A stretch of DNA of 64,000 nucleotides from Octopus vulgaris. Its lineage: Eukaryota. The DNA lies in contig OX597835.1 of NCBI GenBank assembly GCA_951406725.2, forward strand, positions 37,758,001-37,822,000. Direction: 5' to 3'. The notes below the pieces were generated by a model that made no database searches, was not told the origin of the DNA, and saw only the letters and a program-made list of their open reading frames with translations. A program made the translations under genes and the position numbers. The number at the start of each line of letters is the position of its first letter. Position 1 is the stretch's first letter. This document shows, one piece after another, positions 50,690 to 63,639 of the stretch.

Positions 50690-51140
50690 AGAAATATTGA
50701 ACTACCCCAGTATTTTACTGGTACTTTAAATTGTTTTAGACTTCTATTTTTCCTCCCTTAATATCCAGGATACTTTGTATCAATATTGAACTACCCCAGT
50801 ATTTTACTGGTATTTTAATTCATCATAGTCTTTACACCTTGAATGCTTTCTAGGAATATTAAATCTACCCCAGTAATTTACTGGTACTTTATTTCATCAT
50901 AATCTCCACATCTTGGATGCTTTGTAGGAATATCAAATCTACCCCCAATATTTTACTGGTACTTTGAATTATCTTAGTCTTTTATTATAATTCTATTATT
51001 ATCCAAGATGCTTTCAAGGAATATCAAATCTACCCCCAGTATTTTACTGGTACTTTGAATTATTTTAGTCTTCTATTATAATTCTATTATTATCCAAGAT
51101 GCTTTCTAGGAATTTGGAATCTACCCCCAGGATTTTATTT
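50690..51140 (+). repeat. Irregular tandem repeat (~75-90 bp) built on CTACCCCAGTATTTTACTGGTACTTT
   Basis: Motif at ~50702, 50791, 50865, 50939, 51030 and 51121. Resembles the antisense family A SINE core. Confidence 0.8.
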
Positions 51141-51524
51141 TGTTGATCACTACAGTGCCAAAAGACAAAGTTGACCTTCATAAGATTTTGACTCAGAACT
51201 TTAAGAACCATAAGTGCTGCTGGCATTTTGTGTGACGCACCACCAATTCTTACAAATATAGCTGAATTTTTTTTTTCAGTTTTTTTTTTTATTCTTTTAC
51301 TTGTTTCAGTTATTTGACTGTGGCCATACTGGAGCACCACCTTGAAGGGTTTTAGTCGAACAAATCATCCTCAGACTTAATTTTTTAAAGCCTAGTACTT
51401 ATTCTATTGGTCTGTTTTTGCTGAACCTCTAAGTTATGGGGATGTAATACACCAACAATGGTTGTCAAGTGTTGATGGGTCGGGGAACAAACAGAGACAC
51501 AAAGACACACACACATATAGATAT

Positions 51525-51579
<55 letters not shown>

Positions 51580-51929
51580 CAATGGGCTACTTTCAGTTTC
51601 TGTCTACTAAATCCATTCACAAAGCTTATAAAGGCCAAAGGTTATAATCGAAAACACATGTCCAAGGTGCCCTGCAGTAGGACTGAACCTGGAACCATGT
51701 GGCTAAGAAGCAAGCTTCTTACCACACAGCCATGCCCGAAAGAAGATGGGCTTCTTTTCAGTTTCCATCTACCAAATCCACTCACAAAGCTTTGTTCATT
51801 CCAAGGCTATAGTAGAAACACTTGCCCAAGGTGTCATGCAGTGGGACTGAACCCTGAACCATGTGATTGGGAAGCAAGCTACGTACCACGCAGCTACGCC
51901 TATTGTTGTTACTGATATTGTTGTTGCTG

Positions 51930-52291
51930 TTGTTGTTGAGCAAAGTGGTCTTCTGTTGTGGGAGAAGTCCGAAACGTGTTCCTTTGCTATTCGTAAGACC
52001 CGCAGAAGAGAAAGCAGGTCAACCCCTGACACCGAGAGCATTGACGGATGGATGAATGTGCATCCAGGCTCAGCAGTTGTGTAGGAAGTCGGGGACAAGA
52101 AACAAGAAGAAAGAGCGAGAGAATGTTGGAGCGAAAGAGTACAACAGGGGTCGCCACCATCCACTGCCGGAGCCTCGTGGAGCTTTAGGTGTTTTTGCTC
52201 AATAAACACACATAACACCTGGTCTGGGAATTGAAACCGCGATCCTCCGACCATGAGTCCGCTGCCCTAACCACTGGGCCATTGCACCTCC
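51930..52291 (-). mobile_element. tRNA-derived SINE (family D) with (CAA)n tail
   Basis: Minus strand head GAGGTGCAATGGCCCAGTGGTTAGGGCAGCGGAC...GGATCGCGGTTTCAATTCCC has A and B boxes; ends ...TTTGCTCAACAACAAC. Confidence 0.8.
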
Positions 52292-52569
52292 TGTTGTTGC
52301 TGTTGTTCTTTTGAATAGTTTTTTAACTTTTATTGACAAATTTATTTTGACAAATTAAACTTAAATGTTGAAGTGAATCGAACGGCTTTTGTGTGTTTCT
52401 TAAATGGCTTACAAACACCTTCCATGCTGCAGTTGTTTTCGTTTCAGCACATGATCTCAGATCAAGTCACTTGCTATGCAAGTACATCTCTGAAATTTAA
52501 CTTCTATTGTTTTCAATTTTGTTAAGATTGATGTTGTTACTTTCTTCCCACTCAGTCAAGTGCAAATGT

Positions 52570-52909
52570 TGCTGTTACCATTGTTGTTGTTGTTGATTTT
52601 GCTGTGATATTAAATGTTAATGTTATCAACAGTCTTGTTTTCCTTAATAATCACACGTGTTGTTTTGTTAATGTAGTCTCTGCTTTCAATATTGTTATTG
52701 TTGTTATTGTTGTTGTCGATGTTGATGTTGATGCTTTTCAAGTTGTTGTTGTTGTTGTTGTTATTATTGATTTCAATGTTGCTGCTGCCACTCTTGATAG
52801 TCTTACTGTTATCATCATCATCTTCATCACCACCACTGCCACCACCACTAACATCATTGTCGTCATTGTCATCGTCGCCACTGCCACAACCATCACCATC
52901 ATCACCATC

Positions 52910-52941
<32 letters not shown>

Positions 52942-52972
52942 CATCATAATCACCATCACCATCATCATCGTC

Positions 52973-53004
<32 letters not shown>

Positions 53005-53112
53005 CATCATCATCATAATCACCATCATAATCACCATCACCATCATCATCGTCATTCACCATCATCATCATCATCATCATCATCATCATAATAACCATCA
53101 CCATCATCATCG

Positions 53113-53156
<44 letters not shown>

Positions 53157-53350
53157 GTCATCATTATTATTATCATTGTTAATATTATTATTATTGTTAT
53201 TATTACTATTGCCGTTGTTGTTGTTGTTGCTGTTGTTGTTGTTGATAATGTTGATTTAACTGTTATTGTTATCAAAATTGTTTGTTTTCATCAAGACAGC
53301 TGTTGTGGTCGTTGTTGTTGTTGTTGTTGTTTTTGCTGTTGTTGTAATCG
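52570..53350. repeat. (GTT)n/(CAT)n low-complexity tract
   Basis: Directly visible. Confidence 0.92.
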
Positions 53351-53754
53351 TTAATGTTGCAAGTGTGTCTAATGTGTAGATTACCGACATTTGATATAAC
53401 CACCACACAAACACACACACTCACACACAAACACACACACATATATGCAAACACACACAAGAAACTGGCAACTAACTATACACTTCATCAACTCTGACAT
53501 CAACGAATACGCCATACAAGCGCACAGCATAATCCATCGCATTTCATCTGCGTAGATTACTGATATGAACATTCATCCATATACATATTTGCATATGATT
53601 ATATATATATATACATACACATATATATGCATATATATATATATATACACATACATACACATATATATGCATATATATATATATATACATATACATACAT
53701 ATATATATACAAGGGTATGTCTAAAGTTATATGTACTCTTGTGTCTGTAATTTA

Positions 53755-54038
53755 GTAATGCAAGCGAGCCCGGAGACGTTGCCGGGAAACCGAGGAAGAG
53801 TTCTCTCTTCTTCGTAAAGGACTGCGTCCGTGGAATCGGTTTGTCCGGAGATACGGATATGGTACCTGTAGAGCGCCACATCTCGGGTGGCGTCCAGTGC
53901 GCTCTCGGCGGCTCTGGAAAATATGCGTCCATAACGAATCGCAGCTCTCGAGTCGGTCCGTCCCGCCATCCGCAGCAGGTTTCCAAGGTGTACAGCCTCT
54001 CGTCGATAGCGCCAATGTAGGTAAGGGAAGTCGGCAAG
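53755..54038 (+). rRNA. Isolated 28S (LSU) rRNA fragment, pseudogene
   Basis: Collinear with eukaryotic LSU core: GGAAGAGTTCTCTCTTCTT, GGCGTCCAGTGCGCTCTCG, ATCCGCAGCAGGTTTCCAAGGTGTACAGCCTCT, CAATGTAGGTAAGGGAAGTCGGCAAG. GC-rich island in AT-rich flanks. Confidence 0.92.
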
Positions 54039-54419
54039 TAGTAAAACAGAAGCAGGTGTTGAACAATTACACCATTTATGTCCTTGCTTTTTGATGTGAT
54101 CCTTCCAGGAGTCTATAAGCTTGCCGATTCCATGGAGAAGAAGGTTTCTGACTGCTAGTGCAGCAGTCATTTATGCACCACTTCCTGTGTTCTTGAGCAA
54201 AACACTCCATTTCATGTTGCTCCAGTCCACTCAGCTGGCAAAAGCGATTAATTTTGAGATGGACCAGGGTACCATCCAGGTAGGGAACATATATGCCATG
54301 GAAACTGAGAAACTGGTGCCTATGAGTCAGTATGACCCAAGAAGGTAACTTTTCCTCTTTTACCATTTTCTGTGCTTCTTTATCAATAGCAAATTGTTGA
54401 CCTTGTTAAGGATGTTTAA

Positions 54420-55029
54420 CCCTTTAGTATTGCGTCCCCAAAGTCCATCCCCTCCTCACTGTGGTGGGGGACGCTGGCAATGGGTAGTGTCAGAGCTATG
54501 CCGTCGGGAACTTTGGTTCCTGGTAGGGCCACCCAAGGTGGATTGGTCTGACACCGAGTGGTATTAGGGCCACAACCCAGCAGACGGAGCTATGGTAAAA
54601 ATCCTTGGAGTGTCTGTTTCGACAACCGGTGGCTCTTCAGTCGTTCTGTCCCTGCATCTGTGGACAATCTGCGGCAAACAGGATGTCTGTACATGTGGGA
54701 TTGTTGGGGACCGCTTGTGAAATCCACATATTCCCACGAAACTTCTTCCATGAGTAGAAGAAGCTGACTCAACCCGCCCAGGGTGAATGTCACCACAAGT
54801 ACGAGTAAGTAAGTAGTATTCAGATTATTCTGTCAAATGTAATGCTTACATAACGAAATTGTTTTGAATTAATCAGACAAAGACATCGCAGCATTAAAAT
54901 TTTCAGGATGTAGTTGCTTATTCTTAGAATGACATTGTAGGATAAGTGTGCAAAGCCAGATCCGGCCAGTTTGAACATAGAACAGATAGAATATTTGGGC
55001 CGGATATGGCCGGTTTAAATGCTAATGGG
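54420..55029. mobile_element. piggyBac-like MITE (TTAA TSD, CCCTTTAG.ATT TIRs) hosting a nested retroelement
   Basis: TTAA|CCCTTTAGTATT at 54416-54431 and AATGCTAATGGG|TTAA at 55018-55033. Confidence 0.75.
54432..54813 (+). mobile_element. Short non-autonomous RTE-derived element (BovB/Expander-like 5' UTR + (AAGT)n tail) with 7-bp TSD
   Basis: GTGGTGGGGG...GAGCTATGCCGTCGGG...CCTGGTAGGGCCACCCAAGG resembles the conserved RTE/BovB leader. Tail AAGTACGAGTAAGTAAG. TSD TAGTATT at 54425-31 and 54814-20. Confidence 0.75.
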
Positions 55030-55599
55030 TTAAGCAATTCAAAGATGTGATAGTCAGAAGGGGTAATGGCTAGACTGTATGTAGGGTGCGGCCATCCACA
55101 TGTGGGCGTGCATCATTAAGCAACAGTAACACTTACTTTGACAAATAGATCTCAGTGTTTTCTTTCTCTTTTACTTGTTTCAGTCATTTGACTGCGGCCA
55201 TGCTGGAGCACTGCCTTTAGTCGAGCAACTCGACCCCGGGACTTATTCTTTGTAAGCCCAGTACTTATTCTATCGGTCTCTTTTGTCGAACCGCTAAGTG
55301 ACGGGGACGTAAACACACCAGCATCAGTTGTCAAGCAATGCTAGGGGGACAAACACAGACACATACACACACACATATATATATATATATACATATATAC
55401 AACAGGCTTCTTTCAGTTTCCTTCTACCAAATCCATTTACAAGGCTTTGGTCGGCCTGAGGCTATAGTAGAAGACACTTGCCCAAGGTGCCACACAGTGG
55501 GACTGAACCCAGAACCATGTGGTTGGCAGGCAAGCTACTTACCACACAGCAACTCCTGCGCCTGTGCAAATTACTGGTTTCAGTCTGTTGGTCAGCTAG

Positions 55600-55835
55600 T
55601 GATCACTAGTGACTGTAGACCCCCTTTTCCTGGTTACATTTCTATATAGGCTCTTTTGCATCTCCAAAAATGGCTGGCATCACTTTTCCTGCTGAAGGTT
55701 GAGTCTTGAATTCCTCTTTTGCTGGTGACTCCAAGTTTTTCCACTCCAAGCTCTGCCTCCTGGATTCTGGCTCAAAATGATGGGTTCAAATCTTGTTTCC
55801 TGTGATGGTTCTCTCCAAAATGATGTCTTGCAAAC
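55600..55835 (-). pseudogene. Mariner transposase relic, start of catalytic domain
   Basis: Minus strand: ILERTITGNKI*THHFEPESRRQSLEWKNLESPAKEEFKTQPSAGKVMPAIFGDAK, matching the mariner ITGDETW..EPESK.QS.EW..SAGKVM pattern. Confidence 0.85.
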
Positions 55836-55961
55836 AACTTGCACATGCAAGTGCTATTAGTCAAAAACTCCGCATACCAGAAACCAGCAAGTGTATGGGG
55901 TCATCAGGAGAGAATGCGTGCTTTTTCGGGGCCTACCTCTCGATGGCATCAATGTGCACGA

Positions 55962-56192
55962 GGCGGCGAGCTGGCAGAATCGTTAGCATGCCGGGCGAGA
56001 TGCTTAGCGGTATTTCGTCTGCCGTTATGTTGTGAGTTCAAATTCCGCCGAGGTCGACTTTGCCTTTCGTCCTTTCGGGGTCGATAAATTAAGTACCAGT
56101 TATGCACTGGGGTCGATGTAATCGACTTAATACCTATGTATGTCCTTGTTTGTCCCCTCTATGTTTAGTCCCTTGTGGGTAATAAAGAAATA
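55962..56192 (+). mobile_element. Family A SINE, young full-length copy
   Basis: GGCGGCGAGCTGGCAGAATCGTTAGC...TAAAGAAATA; GGCATCAATG repeated on both flanks. Confidence 0.9.
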
Positions 56193-56439
56193 GGCATCAA
56201 TGCACACTGCCCCCCCCCTTCACTGATATGAGACCCAGCTTGCTAGATCAGCTGGTTATCAAATAAAACTCAATATTCTTCTAGCCATTGCTCATCGTCT
56301 CTTTTTAACCAAATCCAGTGGCTAGCCTTCTCCACTGTAGATTGGATATCGGTCATGGTGGTATTGACTTTACGATGAGTTAGGCCTAATGATAACAACA
56401 GTCGTCTCACACTGTGTCCAACATCCATTGTTGTAACGG

Positions 56440-56745
56440 GGTCAAGTACATATTGACAGATCTCCACATAATTGCACTTATGGGCTTTGGTAGGCTCTCT
56501 TGGCACCCATCTCACACAGACTTCACTGAAGCAAAGCTTTCTGTGGATAGTTTTATATTCAGAACCATGACTAATTTGTGGAGAACATGCCACCTCTTTG
56601 ATGACCACTGGTCAGTTTGTCAGCACCATCTCTTGAGCTTGTTGAATCTTCACATCATTGGTGGAGGTTCCTGAGCACGCTGCACCTTCTTCAGGCTTCA
56701 GACTTGTGTGGCCAGTTTAAAACTTTCTAATCCACTCATACTTGC
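56440..56745 (-). pseudogene. Mariner transposase relic, HTH/linker region
   Basis: ISHGSEYKTIHRKLCFSEVCVRWVPREPT contains the mariner WVPxEL linker motif. Confidence 0.82.
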
Positions 56746-57179
56746 TTCCACATATATACACATACACACATATATACATACTTACAAAGTTAAATACAAA
56801 CATATTTATGTGCATTACAGCCCCCAAAATAAAATTTCTGGTGCTTAAAACAGATGTAAAAACAAAAATAAAGGGAAATATCTTGATATCACATGCAGTT
56901 TATTAACCACTCATTCAAAAGCAAGTACCTCCTGATTCCTATACCCAAAAAGAGAATTTATAGTAATTGCTATTTATATCAGCTACAATCTAGAACTTGT
57001 GGGCTAGACTAATTTGCATACAATGTATTTATTGGTGGCAAGATTAAATAATTAATAAATAATCATACACAACATTGCATATATTAGAAAACTTAATATA
57101 AACTTAAATTAGTTGAAGTATGACTCTTACATAATTGTCCTTTGATATGTGGTCAATGGACTGTGGAACAATGAGAGCA

Positions 57180-57505
57180 CTTGTGCTGGTGGCATGTGAA
57201 AAAATCCTTCGAGCGAGGTCATTGCCAGTGCTGCTGGACTGGCTCCTGTGCAGATGGCACATAAAAAACACCATTTGAGTGTGGCCATTGCCAGTACCGC
57301 CTGACTGGCCCTTGTGCCGGTGACATGTAAAAGCACCCACTACACTCTCGGAGTGGTTGGCGTTAGGAAGGACATTCAGCTGTAGAGACTCTGCCAGATC
57401 AAGATTGAAGCCTGGTGCAGCCATCTGGTTCACCAGTCCTCAGTCAAATCGTCCAACCCATGCTAGCATGGAAAGCGGATGTTAAACAATGATGATGATG
57501 ATGAT
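57180..57505 (+). mobile_element. RTE 3' UTR fragment with (GAT)n tail
   Basis: GTGCCGGTGACATGTAAAAGCACCCACTACACTC...CCATGCTAGCATGGAAAGCGG. Confidence 0.88.
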
Positions 57506-57711
57506 GAATATAGGATAACAGATGAGTTTTGTTGTTGATTTGGGTTTTAATGGTTATATCTGTTGACAGATAACATGCAGGGATAAAAGGTTTTAGACAG
57601 ACAGACGGATGGATGGATGGATAATGAGAAGAATAGACAGACAGACAGGTAGATAGATAGACAGATACCCAAAGATAGAGAGAGAGAGAGAGATAGATAG
57701 ATAGATAGATT

Positions 57712-57772
<61 letters not shown>

Positions 57773-58069
57773 ATAGATAGATGGACAGATATATGGGTGG
57801 ATAGATAGATGAAAAGATAGATTGGTAAGTAAATAGATAGATAGATAGATAGATATACAAACATCCCTGTCCTGCATGCAGTGAGTGCCCTTTGTTTGCA
57901 ATCTCCTATGAAAAAATGTTTGGAGAAGGAGAAAATATTACTTTGCTGGAGAACAGGTGAGGGATAATGACAGGAAGAGCATCCAGCTGCAGAGAGTCTG
58001 TTTGAATGAATCCCTTCCGACCCATGCCAACGTAAAAAAAAATAGATGTTAAAAAGAAGAAGATGATGG

Positions 58070-58100
<31 letters not shown>

Positions 58101-58202
58101 GATGAGGAGGAGGAGGAGGGCAACGACAAAAATGAAATACCATCATTTCCCTCAACATCATCTTCCTGCTTCTTCTTCTCCTCCTCCTCATCATCAGCAT
58201 TG

Positions 58203-58236
<34 letters not shown>

Positions 58237-58906
58237 CATCATCAGTCTAACATTTAGGTTTCAATTTTTGATTTATATCATATTTCCAAATAATTCTTAT
58301 TACAAAAAATTTTTTTTCTTGGCATTTGAGAAGCTTCAAAACCAAAGACGCACACTTGCATACGCATACAGTTGCATGCACACCACATACCTACATACCA
58401 CAAGCACAGACTGACAGCCCCCCTCCCACATATATATGTATTTATTTAAGAATGATTATGATGACGATGTTGATGACGATATTTGTGTATATGTTACATA
58501 TATTATAAATATATACATAATTTCATAATTACGTATATAATTGACGCAGATGGTTTTGTGGTTAAATGCCTAACTGACGGGTTGGATAGGTTTGGATTTT
58601 TTCAGAAAAAAAATCAACCAGCTAATTTGCACATCATAAATACAGTAGAAATAAGTGGAACAGTAAAAATACGCGAGGCTTTTCTCAAGTTTAAAATGTA
58701 GCGTTGTTTTTGTTATCTACATTCCAATGATGGAGCCTTGTACCTCTGTTAGAAACTAGCTCCTTCCTCGGAGGAAGTATTTTCATGATTAATAATGGAA
58801 GAGAACATACATACGAACATACATACATACATACATACATACATACATACATACATACATACATACATACTTACATACATAAATACATACACACATACAT
58901 ACGTAC

Positions 58907-59251
58907 TGTTGTAAAGCGTTCTTTTGCCACTGTTGTATCTGTCTTTTGATTACGGTTGTTGCTCTGACAGATATTCTTATATTCCCCCCCAAGTCGTCGA
59001 TAGGATGGTTCTATCTGGCACTGTACGACCCCAGTCGTACAGTGTTATTATCCTGAAAAGGTTGGAGCGTTATTATGTCCACTCAGTATCACAGTACAAT
59101 TACCATATCAGCAGAGATGCAACTATCAACACTGTCTACATGTACTCTCGACCTTCTGACCTTCCTTCTGTCAACCCACTACTCGTTTATTCGTAATGGC
59201 TGGTTACTACCACTTTTTCCCAGGTGGGGTGTACAGTTTCATTATACAACA
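58907..59251 (-). mobile_element. Probable solo LTR (345 bp)
   Basis: Inverted termini TGTTGTA...TACAACA; 5-bp flanks CGTAC/CATAC (one mismatch); AATAAA on the minus strand near 59186; internal hairpin at 59018-59045. Confidence 0.65.
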
Positions 59252-59299
59252 CATACATACATATTTTTTTCTTTTTTTTAATTGCCCACAGGGGACAAA

Positions 59300-59465
59300 A
59301 GTCTCGGTCACAAATCGTTTCCATGGTGAGGCCTAAAGTTCGAAGGTCGTGCTTCACCACTTCATCCCAGGTCTTCCTTGGTCTACCTTTCCACAGGTTC
59401 CCTCAACCACTAGGGTGTGGCACTTTTTCACACAGCTATCCTCATCCTCATCCATTCTGGCCACA
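59300..59465 (-). mobile_element. RTE ORF C-terminal fragment
   Basis: CCTAAAGTTCGAAGGTCGTGCTTCACCAC is the reverse complement of ~30202-30230. Confidence 0.85.
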
Positions 59466-60179
59466 TCATTGATGATGATGATATTTATAGGTATATATGT
59501 ATGTATAATCTAAATAGTCATGGCTGTGTGGTAATAAGCTTGCTTCCCAACCACATGATTCCAGGTTCAGTCCCACTGCGTGGAACTTTGGGTAAGTGTC
59601 TTCTCCTATGACGTAGGGCTGGGGCTGACCACAGCCTTGTGAGTGGATTTGGTAGATGGAAACTGAAAGAAGCCTGTTGTATATATATATACGTGTGTTT
59701 GTGCCTTTATGTTTCTGTTTGTCCCTCCCCCTATCACTCTTATGTTGGCAAATGATCTTTATTCTAGAGTACGGTTACCGAAGGTCTCTCGTTTATAGAT
59801 TTAGAAATAATAATTTTCTATTTATTAGATCAGTGACTGTGTGTCACTTTGAAAAGTATATATTTTGAACAAGAGTTTAGTAGTGCCATCTCTAGCTGAG
59901 CAGTTATGCTGTGCTGATGAAGAGAAATAACCCAGCAACCATTGGTACACAGATATTGCTTTGAGCTGAATGGAGATGCGAAACAACCTTGTTTGAAAAT
60001 ATAAGGACGCAGATAGTGTGTGGTATAGCCAGCTGGAGATGATGTTTCCCAGGGCTAAATAACAGTAACAATCGTCCTAATAAGAACTGCCACATTTTGT
60101 TAGCATATAATCTTTATTCTCGAGTACTGTTACTGAATGTTTCTCAGTTCAGAAATTTAGAAATAACAATTTTTTATTT

Positions 60180-61500
60180 ATTATATACATATGTATGCCT
60201 ATGTGTATATATATATATATATATAAATACTTGCATATGTGTGTGTGTGTCAGTATATGTGTGTGTATACATATATATATTTATATATATATGTATACAT
60301 AAATACATATGTGCATATATATATATATATATGTGTGTATATATATCTATATATATATACATATACATATATATATATACATATACACACATATATATAC
60401 ACACATGTATATACATATATATATATGTATATACACACACATGTATGTATATATACATATATACACATACACATTTATGTATGTATATATACATATATAT
60501 ATACACACACAAAATTTCTATTTAGTAAGTGACATGAATGACAAAGCAGATGATACGATAAAGTCTTGTGCGTTTGATGTGTGGTCCTCTGCAAAGAACA
60601 CACAAGTGACTCCACAGAATGTTACCAAATATGACAATTTTGCCGATGTGTAGTGGGGGAATGGAGGGAGGAGAAGTGGAGGGGAGGAATGATTGGAGTT
60701 AAATTTCAAGAATTCTTTTCCAGTTTTTCATAGATGTTGGCATATAAGAATTTCATGTTTTAAACATGTGTGTTTTGTGTGAGTAAGCATATGTGTGGGT
60801 GTGTGTGGTTTTATGCGTGTGTTTGTATGTGTTTAATGTGTGTGCATGCTTGTGTATTTATTTGTCTGTCTGTCTGTATGTATGTATGCCTCTTTTAGTC
60901 TTTAATTATAAATCTTTCACTGAGGTGGGAACTGGTTTCCAACAAAGATACAAGGCTTGTATGTATGTATGTATGTATGTATGTATGTATGTATGTATGT
61001 ATGTATGTATGTATGTATGTATGTATGTATGTGTATGTATGTATGTATGTATGTATGTATGTATGTATGTATGTATGTATGTATGTATGTATGTATGTAT
61101 GTATGTATGTATGTATGTACGCATGTGTGTATGAATGTATGCATGCATATAAGTATATCATTCATTTTAGATATATATATGTTTGTTTTTTTATGTATGT
61201 ATGTTTATATATGTTTATATGTATGTATGTTTTATGTGTGTGTGTGTGTGTATTTATATATGTATGTAAGCATGCATTTACGTATGTATCTGTGTGTGTA
61301 TGTATTTGTGTATAAATGTATGTATGTTTTATGCATGTGTTTGTGTATGTATTTATGTGTATTTGCATATTATGTTTGTATGTATATGTGTGTGTGTTCG
61401 TGTATGTTTGTGTATGTATTTAAGTGTATGTGTGTGTGTTCGTGTATGTATTTAAGTGTATGTGTGCATGTATGAATGTATGTATTTGTGTATTACATAT
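60180..61500. repeat. (TA/CA/TATG)n microsatellite fields
   Basis: Directly visible. Confidence 0.9.
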
Positions 61501-61505
61501 GTGTA

Positions 61506-62017
61506 CCGTAAATCCTCAAGTATAATCCACATTTTTTCCCCAAAATTTAAAGGTCAAAATCCCTAGTTCGTATTATATACGAGGTTAAAAATGAAAAATA
61601 TTTTCTAAGCAATGTCCGAGTCTCTATGTGCTGTCTGGCAATGTTTATTCAGACGCATTTTCTGATGTTGGGCATGAAAATGCCCTAAGCTAAGCCTGAA
61701 AGCAATGAAGTCATAAAAGAATCATCCATAACATGCAGTAAGCAACATTTATTAAACGTTATTACTGTTATTTCTTTATTTTCTGCAAACAAAATGCACA
61801 AAAATGCTACACGTTTGCATTATGTTATACATATAATAATAATAAAGGACATTACCATATATATTTTTACAAACCAAGGACGTTATATAGACCTTCTTGA
61901 CTCAAGTTAGATAAGGGGTGCATATTATACACAAGGTTTAGGTTTTTCAGAGGTACAGCCCCCTAGAAATCCCCTGCGTATTATACTCAAGGGCAGATTA
62001 TACTCGAGGATTTATGG
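61506..62017. mobile_element. Non-autonomous Tc1/mariner-superfamily (Tc2/pogo-like) DNA element with TIRs and TA TSD
   Basis: TA|CCGTAAATCCTCAAGTATAATC ... GATTATACTCGAGGATTTATGG|TA, with subterminal TTATACTC/TTATACAC repeats. Confidence 0.85.
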
Positions 62018-62528
62018 TATGTATGTATGTGAGTTTATGTGTTTGTATGTGTTTGTGTGTCTGTTCATATGTAAGTGTTAGAGTGTCTTTGTATATATGT
62101 GAGTTTGAGTGTGTGTGTTGTTGCATCACTGTCACTTCATAACTGATGGCTGGTGTGTTTATGTCCCTATAACTTAGCAGTTCGGCAAAATAGACCAATA
62201 GAGTATGTACTAGGCTTATGAAGAATAAGTCCTGGCGTCAATTTGTTCGACTAAAGGCAGTGCTCTAGCATGGCCATGGTCAAAATGACTGAAACAAGTG
62301 TACATTTGTGAGTGCATTTTTGTGCATATGTGTGCGTGTATCTCATATTTCACTTGTTTCAGTCATTAGACTATAGCTACACACACACATACATATTACA
62401 TGTATACACACAGATGCATACATACACATACATACATACACACACACACATATATATATATGCGTGTATGTATATATATGTATGTATGTATAAATATATA
62501 TATATATATACATACATATATATATATG

Positions 62529-62581
<53 letters not shown>

Positions 62582-63639
62582 ATATATATACACACACACT
62601 AATAACATGATGCCCATAGCAACCATCTTACCTTGATTTATATTAACAATTCTAAGTAAGCCTTATTTATCCATTAATGATTGTCTAAATTGGTAATAAT
62701 TCCTATATAAAATGAAGTTAGACATTATGGGAACCAATTTATGGCAGCAAAAGAGGAACAGAATCTCTGAAGGGATCTGAAACAACAAAGCAGAAACTAG
62801 CTTTTTTGTTTTTATTTTGTTTTATTTTTGCTTATTTTGTGATTTATTTGTTTTTTTTGTTTTGTTTGGTCATTAATTGCTTTTTTAAAGTGAATTAATT
62901 TGATGTAATTTTTACTGTATTTTTCTCTTTAATTCTTGATTTCAAAGGGTCCTTTTTTTTTTTAAGGGAAACTAGTAAGCAAGTAGAACACGGGCAAGGA
63001 GGGGAGAGAGGATGAGAAAAGGAGAGAACAAGAGAGGAGAGATAGGGAGATAGAGAGGGAGAGTGAAGGAGAGAGAGGTGGAGAGACAGATTGACAGACA
63101 GGCAGAGAAAGAAAGAGGAACAAAGAAAGATAGAAACAGAGAGATGAAGAGGGGAAGAGAGAGAGGAAGAGAAAAGATGAGTGAGAGAAAGAGAGATGGA
63201 TGGAGAGATGAACTGAAAAAGAAAAATAGAAACAGAGAAGTGAAGAGAGGAAGAGAGAGAGAGATAAAAGAAGAAATACTTCATAAGGAAGTGTACAGAC
63301 AGACATTTTGACTGCCTCTCTTTGGAGGACAAGTATATAAGTTCAAATCACTGCCACAACAGCAGTATGTTGTGACTCCACATTAGTCAGCAGAGTCAGT
63401 CAAGCAGAAGAGTCAACTGATCAATTTCAGGCAAAGTTTAATTTGAGTTAATGAAGAAAAACTGATGAACAATCATTCAACATGCTAGAAATACTAACCT
63501 AATCTCTTCTGTATCCTAATGCTGTCTTAGTTTAGAAAAGAACACTTTCATCTCATCATCGCAGTCCTTTACGGACAAAAAAAGTCACCAAATATATGTG
63601 TGTATATGTATATATATACGTATATATGTCTGAGTGTGT

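Noticed and set aside
53573-54170. GC-rich ORFs of 104-154 aa
   Set aside because: Explained by the 28S rRNA fragment.
58540-58790. Possible Penelope C-terminus plus hammerhead (CCAATGA...GAAACTAG)
   Set aside because: Core is degenerate and the stems do not pair convincingly.
59905-60000. CTGATGA...GAAACAACCTTGTT as a hammerhead
   Set aside because: Stem I cannot form and stem II is unconvincing.
60526-60653. Possible host terminal exon (SDMNDKADD...FADV*)
   Set aside because: Weak acceptor, no recognisable homology, and no support linking it to the 1006-1110 exon.
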